DNA of 58,048 nucleotides, the filler included, from Squatina squatina (taxonomy: Eukaryota), in NCBI GenBank assembly GCA_031763465.1. It is 3 parts of 3 records of this genome, joined end to end, with 100 filler letters (N's around TTAATTAATTAA, not from the genome) between each part and the next. Parts side by side here need not be neighbours in the genome. Positions count along the whole stretch, not along the records: positions 41,708 to 58,048 come from JARFOE010000046.1; 2 more parts are not named here. One strand, 5' to 3'. Both the position numbers and the translations under genes were made by a program. Shown piece after piece: positions 49,230 through 58,048 of the stretch; positions within the stretch are counted from its first letter, which is position 1; every line of letters starts with the position of its first letter. The notes below the pieces were generated by a model. That model made no database searches and was not told the DNA's origin. It was given only the letters and a program-made list of their open reading frames with translations.

Positions 49230-50408
49230 CTGAGGGGTAGGAAGTTTCAGGAAAAAGTAAATTTAAAAGCAGCAAGAGAAATGTCAAGGCAGAGCAGAGT
49301 TTTGGGTAAAAATAATCAGAGTGAGTCAGGAAGGGACAGAGGGAGTAACAAAGGTAATAGGGCATCAGTGACTACGGTGATATCAGGGAAAAATAGAAAA
49401 AAGTCAAAGCTAAAGGCGCTATATCTGAATGAGCAAAGCATTCGCAACAAAATGGATGAATTCATTGCGCAGATAGAAATGAATAGGTTCGGTCAAATAA
49501 CCATCATGGAGATGTGGTTGCAAAGTGGCCAGATAGGAAAAATGGAAATGGAGGAGGGGTGGCCCTGATAATAAAGGATGGGATAGAGACACTAGTGAGA
49601 AAGTATTTTAGCTTGGAAAATCAAGAAGTAGAATCAGTTTTGATGGAGCTAAGAAACAGCAAGGGCCAGAAATCATTGTTGGGAGTTGTTTTCGGCCCCA
49701 GACAGTAGTGCACGGTACGGCATGGTATAAATCAGGAAATTAGAGGTGCATGTAACAAAGGTAGTACAATAATTATGGGGGACTTTAATCTACATATAGA
49801 CTGGGCAAACCAAATTTGTAATAATAATGTGGAGGACAAATTCATGGAATGTATACAAGATGGTTTTCTACACCTGTATGTCGAGGATCCAACTGGGGAA
49901 CAGGCTACTTTAGATCCAGTGTTATGCAATGAGAAAGGGTTAATTAATAAACTTGTAGCAAAGGGGCCTTTAGGGAAGAGTGACCATAATATGACAGAAT
50001 GTTACATTAAGTTTGAAAATGACATAATTCAATCCGAACTAGGGTCTTAAATCTAAACAAAGAAAACTACGAATTGGCTGTGGTAGATTGGGAAACTACA
50101 TTAAAAGGTATGATGGTAGACAAGCAATGGTTAGCATTTAAAGAATTAATACATTAATTTACAACAAATATACATTCCTTTAAGGCACAAAAGCCCAACA
50201 GGAAAAGTGGTCCAACCATGGCTAACAAGAGAGGATAANNNNNNNNNNNNNNNNNNNNNNNNNNNNNNNNNNNNNNNNNNNNNNNNNNNNNNNNNNNNNN
50301 NNNNNNNNNNNNNNNNNNNNNNNNNNNNNNNNNNNNNNGCATCCCGGCACAGAAACGATGGGTCGAATGGCCTCCTTCTGTGCTGTAAATTTCTATGATT
50401 CCATGATC
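49230..50408 (+). mobile_element. CR1 LINE with APE endonuclease region and 3' tail (middle collapsed in a gap)
   Basis: LYLNEQSIRNK...GGGVALIIK...MGDFNLHIDW...LDPVLCN...LGKSDHN, with frameshifts. Tail gatgggtcgaatggcctccttctgtgctgt follows the gap. Confidence 0.9.
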
Positions 50409-50599
50409 AGGATCATTCAAAATACAATTATGCTGGGAGTGTTCATGTACCAGAGGGACGAGTCTGCTCTGGGTTGAATGGCCATTTCTTATCCCAGACT
50501 TTTCTTAATTTCTTAACTCTTCATGTTCAAGTTATCCCATCTGCGTCCGGTGGGAATGCCAAGATGAGATACCTCATTCAGTGGGCGTGTTATTTGATG

Positions 50600-50965
50600 G
50601 CAGAACATATGAACAATGACGGAAGGAAAAGTCCCTCTGGTCCATCCAGTCTGTTCCATACAATTGTGATATCTTGGGCAAAACATTATACACGCTCCCT
50701 ACCCCACCCGAAACCATGTTATCTCCTGGGAGAGGCGAAAGACCAGGTAAAAACCCAAGGCCAATTTGGGGGAGAAAACAAATTCTGGGAAATTCCTCTC
50801 CGACCCCTTAGGCAATCGAAACTAGTCCGGATCATCATTCCTGTCCTGATAGTTCTATGCAGTACCTTCCTTTTGTAAGAGGTGATCTCTGCCCCAACCA
50901 GAAACAGGTCCAGATCTCGCTTGAAGTAATTCAGCGCACGAGCATAAGCCAGCAGCCTGTTCCAG
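50600..50965 (-). mobile_element. CR1-family 3' end with structured 3' UTR (copy 2)
   Basis: Minus frame FWNRLLA...LNYFKRDLDLFL is a CR1 C-terminus. The UTR is homologous to 18755-18942. Confidence 0.7.
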
Positions 50966-52089
50966 AAAATCACAATCACATTTGGTGTATAACCATGTAA
51001 ATCATCAGAAATCTGAGCCTTGATTGCTTAAAATACATCCTTGACACATCCTTGAGTCACCTTGGAACGTTTTTCTACATTAAAGGGGCTATATAAATGC
51101 ATGCTGTTGTTGACAGCCAGTTTTCACCCTGGCAAAGACCAATGTTTTTCACCTCAAAAAAGTTATAGTGGAATGGGATACACAGAGAAAAACAGGTAGG
51201 TGGAGTATTTAAAATGATAAAAAGGGGTATTGGAGAGGGTAAGAGAAGATACAAATAAAGTAACATTAAACTAGAAGGGAGCTAGTTGGCAAGAAAAGTG
51301 TGGGGAAAAACAGGAAGCAAGGGTGAGTAGAAATAAAGTGACAAATTCTTAAGTTTTATTTTAAACCATTTTCTTACTGCTCATTTTAATTGCATAGGGC
51401 TGGAAGTATGGTAATTAAGCTACTCCTGGCATTGAATAGTTTTATTACTGAAACATTAAGGTTGTTTTGGCTTAATACTTTAAAAATTGAAGTCCCAGGG
51501 GTTTGAATTTCTCTAGAACTTCTGGAATTCCACTGGTTAAAGCAAACAGGCTACTGTACATTGAAAACAGCCTGTTGTTTAAGTCAGCACTGATGCTGAT
51601 AGAATATTAAATTGCAACATCCATCAAACTAATTGAATTTCTGTCCATACAGAATGCTTTGGCTTTGATCATAGAGTAACGCACCATCTGGTGGAGGGAA
51701 ATTTCTACAGCAGAGGACTGCAGTGTTTATTGTGCAGTATCTGGTTATTTACAGAAGTTACGGTGTTTACAGCATGTTTTTTTTTTCCACAGAGCTACTG
51801 GTGTTTAATGTATCCAGTTATTGGCAGTCACCAGAGTTTATTTTACCGAGTAATTGACAATCTCTGCTGATTGAATTATTTGCACAGTAATTAATCTGTA
51901 ATGTATCCAGTTATTGACCACCTACCAGTGACCATCTGTAGTATTCAGACCTTTTTACTTCCGCCCCAATCCTATCACATTTCTACATCAGGTTCTGAGG
52001 TTCAGACTCTGACATCTTATACCTAACCAACACTATGGCAGGGCCCTTTGAGTTTGGCAGCTCAAGGCTGGTTTCTGTGACGACGACCA

Positions 52090-52730
52090 TTACTTGCATT
52101 TATATAGTGCCCTCAGCATGGAAAAATATCTTAAGGTGCTTCATAGAAGTGTAAGGAAAAAATGGTCAGCATGCTAAAGCAGGAGATATTAAGGGGGGTA
52201 ACCAAAAGCTTTATCAAAGAGGTAGGTTTAAGGAGGAGAATCTTAAAACAGAGGCAGAGGAGTTTAGATAAGGAATTCTAGACTGTGGAGTCTAGGTGGT
52301 GCCTCCATAAGTGGGGCAAAAAGGGAAGGGATAAACAAAAGGCCTGAGACAGAGTAACTGACAATTCTAAGGGGAAGGTGGTGCCACTGGAGGAGGTTAG
52401 AATTTGGGACGACATGGAGGAATTGAAACACGGATGAGAATTTTAAAGTTGAGGTGTTAGGGAATCAGGAGTCAATGTAAACTAGCAAAGAGAGAATTGG
52501 AATAGACCAATCATGGAGGTGACAAAGGCATGGATGAGAGGTTCAGTGGAAAATGGGCTAAGGTAAAGACAGAGGCAAGTGATGTTAGAGATGGAAATAG
52601 GTGGCATTTGTAACGGAGAAGATATGGGGGTTGGAAGCTCTGCTCAGTATCAAATGGGACTCCAAGTTTGCAAACTATCTTGTTCAGTTTGAGATGATGG
52701 CTGGTGAGGGAGTTGGAGTTGGTGACGAGG
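52090..52730 (-). mobile_element. L2-type LINE 3' fragment
   Basis: Tail cttgcatttatatagtgcc followed by purine-rich antisense ORF2 remnant; minus frame ...KLGVPFDTEQSFQP resembles L2 NLGVxFDxELSF. Confidence 0.6.
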
Positions 52731-54589
52731 GTGAAGAATTTATGATGAGTGACCTGAGAATATTGATTCTGCAGCAAGTATCTCCCAGGTTTGGTGACAT
52801 TTCAATATAAGAAGCATGTTTAAAACACTGCAAGATTGTAGTACACTTGTGGCTATTACTTAGAAAGATTGGGCACTTTTAAACTGCTCTAAATCCCCAT
52901 GTGGTACTTAACTGTTAACAGAAGTAGTTGCTACTTAACACCTAAGTCTCTCACTTTTCACCTAGCCAGTGGAGACAGTAAGTTGTTTAGTAAAAGCTAA
53001 ACGTTAAGTGGCAAGTAACCGAGACTTGGTATACTAATACCAGCACCTGGTATTTCAGCGACAAATGGTATGAACCGATGTCAGATCTCTCATCTCTGCT
53101 GATCGCAGTGTTACTCACCATGCATTACATTCACCTACAGGTATAGTGTGAAAAACATGTATCCTTGCCAAAGACCTCAGTTCTCCATGATTCAACGCCT
53201 GTGAAATTTCTCCCCTGCCGTTATTTTCCTTTCTAATTTGCTCTGTTGCAATTGTGCTGCAACCAAATGCCTGGTGTGCTAATGTCTGGTGTTCAGAATC
53301 CTACTGGTGTTGGCTGACATCAGTCTTCTAATATCTATTTATAATTTATTTTGCATACTGTACATGAGTTTATCTGTTAACGTGCTGCTTGTACGTTTTA
53401 GTTGCCGCAAAGTTAATTTGAATCCGTTTAATGAAATGCTGACATTAACATTTCCAGGAATTGCTGCTTGTGCAGCCGAGGTACTGACTGACCTCTTCTG
53501 TTCAGACTAATTAGAATCACCTTCAACTATAATTTGAAGCTCTGATATGTTTACAAATAGCACACTTCAGAGGATGTATACTTGTGTATCCAGTTACCCC
53601 AAAGAAACAAATTACAGATCTGACTGCAGCATCGAAGCAAAGGAAAATGAAGTACTGAGAATTTCAGTTGAGCTCTGACTAAACTCACTTGTATGTCATT
53701 TTAAAATTATTAGCCAGAAAGCATATCTGAATACACAACAGAATAAATGATAATGTTTTAATGCCTCGAAATGGGATGTGTCATTAAATGGGAAATACTT
53801 TGCTGTGAATGTACCCTTCAGCACCAAGGGAGGAAGCAATAATCACTTGGAACATAAAATGGTGCGGAAAGACCCTAAGTGAATAAAGGTACTGAAAGAT
53901 CCTTTTGATGGATTAGTAGCAGTTGAGAATAAAGTAATGCTTTGGGTACCTTAAGCATGAATAAAAACATGTATCCTTGCCAAAGACCTCAGTTCTCCAT
54001 GATTCAACGCCTGTGAAATTTCTCCCCTGCCGTTATTTTNNNNNNNNNNNNNNNNNNNNNNNNNNNNNNNNNNNNNNNNNNNNNNNNNNNNNNNNNNNNN
54101 NNNNNNNNNNNNNNNNNNNNNNNNNNNNNNNNNNNNNNNTTGCAATTTTGTTTTGTCAATAATAAAAGTTGTTATCACAGGCACATAATGAGCTTCTTCA
54201 TTGTACAAGATGATTTGCTTTGTTGTAATAACAGGTTATATTTAACTAGGTATTGCAGGGAGATAACATATTCTGTACCTATTAGCACTGCATACAGATG
54301 CTTATTTGTGTGTTGTAGGTACAGGAGTCACACCCAGATGTGCTACAGTTCTACAGCTATGTACTCTAGGTGCAGGATTTAACATGCAGGTACATTCATA
54401 GCCTGTAGCTATATGTTCTAGGACAGGGAGGATTTTTTTTCCCCCTCTGTAGGCTAGGGAGGGGAAATATCAACCAAGATTTGACATGCAGGTATTCTTC
54501 AGGGCTTTCACTGTGTATTGTACACATTGGCTACACAGAACACTTCGTGTAGAATTTTGTTTTTTTTATTACTGCCACATTTAGAGAGA

Positions 54590-54940
54590 GACATGAGTCA
54601 GTGCTTTACATAGATCACCACATAATTAATCTACAGTAAATGACACGCTCAGTGAGAGAGCTGTTATGGGAATGTGGTGTTCGTTCCTCTCTGTAATTTC
54701 AGAAGCTGCTGCAGCCACATCCAGGAAAAGCCTCAGACAAACTCCAAAGATTCACACAAGGGCAGAACGAAATAGACTGGGGGGTTGAGCGGATGCTGAT
54801 GAAGGGCGGAGCTCTGCCTTTTCAAATAAACCACAAAATAGTTTCCTTCTCATTGACCATAAGCTGCTGGACAGTCTGTTAGCTGGGAAGCTGTTCCAGA
54901 GATGGGAGTCAGATGTAGTTTTGAGAGGAGAGAGGTAAAT
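54590..54940 (+). promoter_or_regulatory. Candidate promoter and non-coding first exon of the SPARC-family gene
   Basis: AP-1 TGAGTCA (54594-54600), RUNX TGTGGT (54673-54678) and AACCACA (54829-54835), GC box GGGCGG (54804-54809), and donor-like AG|gtaaat at 54935. Confidence 0.3.
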
Positions 54941-56784
54941 ATTTCCATGTACAGTATCAAATCAGAACACAGTTTTTCATAAAATGGTCTTAAAACATTT
55001 TTNNNNNNNNNNNNNNNNNNNNNNNNNNNNNNNNNNNNNNNNNNNNNNNNNNNNNNNNNNNNNNNNNNNNNNNNNNNNNNNNNNNNNNNNNNNNNNNNNN
55101 NNTGACAGCTGTACCCTTATTGCACGCATCTCTAATTTCCTGTACTGTCTCTAATTACGCTGGTATTTGGACCCTTTTGTAAAATTGGTCTGCACCAGTG
55201 CCTAACACGCCATGTGATAAAGTCCCCAGCAAATCCTGGTGTGAACAGCCAGCAGGATTGCTACTTAAAGGGCGTAGCCCTTCTGTTACACTGCTGGTTA
55301 ACCTCTGGCACTCTTTTTGGCTGTATTCTCTGTTCCATTACTGACTTTGTGAGTTTTGCAAACAACTTTTTCCTGCTGCTGGACTGCTTGTCTGCCTTGT
55401 AAATATTTTATTTCACTCATGGGTGGTCTGTTAGGCCCACCTTTAGGGCTGGAAGGGGTGCAGCAAAGAAGATAGCAGCAAGCAGGAGCAGCTGGGAGAA
55501 GATTTTCTTTAACACCTTTGAAAAAAAAAAGTGCTTTTCATGTCCTCCGACCAGACTATCAAGATCGCAGCGCCAGACTCCTCCAGACTAAATCTATACA
55601 CGATTCTTGCTGCTTTGCAACTTTCTATAAAAGTTGCGCTGAGCTCTCTTTTTAGAAAAAAAAATCAATTTCACTGCCACAAAGACATCTTCGCTTCTTG
55701 AAATAATCATTGAGTATGTATTGCATAACTGTCCTTCATTAATATGCTAATGCTGCAGCCGGTGAAAGAGAGGATGGTTAATGGTCTGCTTGTGAGGGTT
55801 CTCATGTTTATGCGTTTGGCTGTGAAAAAACTAGATACTTTGTTTAAAAAAAGTAATTTTAAATCTAAATTATATTGCTTACAGGTTCCAGTGACATCAT
55901 CCTGAACCTTAACTGACAATCGACTCATGATCTGAATTTAGTTTGAATAGGTTTTTTCCAAGACTCACCTCATATTCATCGGGAAGTAGCGGGCTGCAGC
56001 AGGGTAAGCAGCAAAGGGAAGCTGGGGGTCAGGTNNNNNNNNNNNNNNNNNNNNNNNNNNNNNNNNNNNNNNNNNNNNNNNNNNNNNNNNNNNNNNNNNN
56101 NNNNNNNNNNNNNNNNNNNNNNNNNNNNNNNNNNAACACGGTTGAACCTGATCATTTTCTCAGCCAATATGGCATGCACTTTCCAGAAAATGTCACCAGA
56201 TACCAATCTGAAATGGTAACTTGGCTGATATTTCCCCATCCAAGGAGCAATGAGGCCAATTGCCAGATTTTAACCATTGGCCCAGTAGAAATCAGCTAGC
56301 TCAGTACATACTGGGAATAGAACCTTTTGGTATATTTGGCTTAATATTACACTGGGTGATGCCTTTCTTTAATATCAAGGGAGCTCAGGCATTCAGCTGC
56401 TTGCGTTATTAGCTCGCAAAATGTAGGATATGTCTTTCTTACCAGTTCATTGAAGGTAGGATATGTTTCATCTTAAACCTGTGTTTTCTGTGAAATAATA
56501 TAAAGAAAATGCTTGAGTGTGCCACAGGACTGTTTCACTCACACAGCAACATGGTGACAACGGTTGTTCAAATATTTACTCAATGAGATACTGGCACTGG
56601 AATCTTATTTACTGTGGATTAGCTTCTGGCTTCAGCATTACTAACACCTCGTAAACCTCATTGAAATGTTTGTCTCAAACCCTTACCTCCAATGAGCCTC
56701 TGAAGCTTAACTGGGTGGGGTGCTATTTCTTTGTCAGTTTTTAATCTATTACTGCTCACCAGGCATTTCTATTTTTTATTTCAG

Positions 56785-56892
56785 TCCTTNNNNNNNNNNN
56801 NNNNNNNNNNNNNNNNNNNNNNNNNNNNNNNNNNNNNNNNNNNNNNNNNNNNNNNNNNNNNNNNNNNNNNNNNNNNNNNNNNNNNNNNNGGA
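56785..56892 (+). CDS. Probable upstream SPARC-family exon, mostly hidden in an N gap
   Basis: A strong acceptor (ctcac...ttttttatttcag|TCCTT) lies immediately before the gap and a consensus donor (GGA|gtaagt) immediately after it, about 1 kb upstream of the follistatin-like exon. Confidence 0.45.
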
Positions 56893-57389
56893 GTAAGTGA
56901 AGTCATGTCAGGATATCCTTTTCTTTGTAAGGTGACCACATTTGTTTCTGAAGTTTAATTTACCAAATTTCAAACAAATCAGATCTTAGCCCTGTAAGCT
57001 AACCGTTGTGAAGACTTCAGCTTGAGACTTGAACAGTTTGGGAATCTGGGGCAGGAAATGGACACTAAGAACATGGGCATCACTGTACTCGACTGCTGGC
57101 ACCTTCCCATTTCCAACTCTCCCATATAGCAGTTTTCCACACATCTACCTTGGCTATACATATGAATTGTGCATGACTCTCTACAGTATTTTTCAATTTA
57201 TTTTTAACTCTTAATTTTGCTTGATATCTATTATGCATGTGCATACATATGGACAAGGGAAGTAAGGAATAAAGCTATAGCACCATTAACATAAACAAAA
57301 ATAAGGATATCACTGCTTTAAAGCCCTAGTTAGGGTTTTTTTGAGGTGCAGTTATTTTCTGGAGTGATTTTCCAGTTGTAAATCACAAG

Positions 57390-57610
57390 GTAAATACGGG
57401 TAAGAAAGGCCATTCAGATATTCTTAGTTTATCCATCTAAAATAAAAGTAACCTCCATTGTACCATTTAACTATCTCTTAAATGACTCCAACATTTTTGA
57501 CTGCACTGGCCTATTCAGAAGTCCATTCATATGCCAACCACTCTTCGCATGAAAAATAATTTCCTGACATTAGTCCTCAATTTTCCTTTCACTAGTCTGA
57601 ACCTATTCAC
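57390..57610 (-). mobile_element. Old CR1 3' remnant
   Basis: gaaaggccattcag...ccattcatatgccaaccactct...tgaaaaataatttcctgac resembles the reverse complement of a CR1 end. Confidence 0.45.
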
Positions 57611-57858
57611 CAAATCTAAGATGTGTCAGTAGCTGGATTATTTGTAAATATGTGAAACACATCAGTATTCGCTTTCAAAGGTGCTTCAAACAGTTTCTTC
57701 AGTTCTAACGAGAACTGCCTGCAATTGTGCTGTGTTTAAACCACTCCCTGAAATTCAAGAAATCCCAAATGAAAATAACTGGGAAGGAAATCTGAGACCT
57801 GATCATTTATCAAAGTGTTTACTTAATGTAACTTTGAGGTTTGACCTTACCTTCCTAG

Positions 57859-57980
57859 ACCCATGTGAAGACTTCCACTGCAAACGAGGAAAGGTCTGCG
57901 AGGCTGATGAGGACAATGAACCCATGTGCGTCTGCCAGAGCCCATCAACTTGCCCACCCAGCTCAGTTGAATTTGAGAAG
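57859..57980 (+). CDS. SPARC: SPARC/osteonectin-family follistatin-like domain exon (equivalent of SPARC exon 5)
   Basis: Translation (x)[40 protein letters not shown] aligns without gaps to human SPARC [41 protein letters not shown]. Acceptor cttcctag, donor AAG|gtcagg, 122 nt, phase 1 to 0 as in SPARC. SPARC neighbours FAT2 in human. Paralogue identity (SPARC versus a SPARC-like duplicate) is not certain. Confidence 0.85.
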
Positions 57981-58048
57981 GTCAGGATCAAACTGTTCCT
58001 AATAGAAAAACATTTCAGTCACTGAAATCATTCACACAATAGGATTGT

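Noticed and set aside
53151-54039. Exact 77-nt direct duplication (53151-53227 and 53963-54039)
   Set aside because: The second copy ends at a gap and is identical, so it is most likely an assembly artefact rather than LTRs or a target-site duplication.
54796-54826. CTGATGA followed by a hairpin (hammerhead-like)
   Set aside because: There is no GAAA after the stem (TTCAAA instead), so the catalytic core is incomplete.
57681-58025. 114-aa ORF as a single-exon gene
   Set aside because: Only 57859-57980 is SPARC-like; the flanks are intronic read-through.

Overview
This is AT-rich vertebrate genomic DNA, most likely from a cartilaginous fish (shark) judging by its repeats, taken from a heavily gapped short-read scaffold. 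The main gene feature is the giant first coding exon of the atypical cadherin FAT2 on the minus strand (about 43849-47213). It encodes a signal peptide and about 9.5 cadherin repeats; its split into two ORFs is caused by a spurious 100-N gap. No further FAT2 coding exon was recognised in 1-43848, so that region appears to be one very long intron. It is filled with decayed CR1, L2, RTE and Vingi LINEs, Deu-type SINEs, MITEs and Penelope-like element (PLE) fragments. At the far right is a 122-nt follistatin-like exon of a SPARC-family gene on the plus strand, divergent from FAT2, whereas human SPARC and FAT2 share a strand. The most notable observations are: (1) an inverted pair of PLE terminal repeats, each carrying a decayed minimal hammerhead ribozyme core; (2) the orientation of the SPARC-like exon, with a probable further exon hidden in a gap; (3) a ~62-nt tandem array in which every unit carries splice donor and acceptor motifs; (4) uORFs, back-splicing potential and a p63-type site around the FAT2 exon; (5) several foldback structures. 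No prokaryote-type systems were found. All homology calls are from recalled motifs, not database searches.
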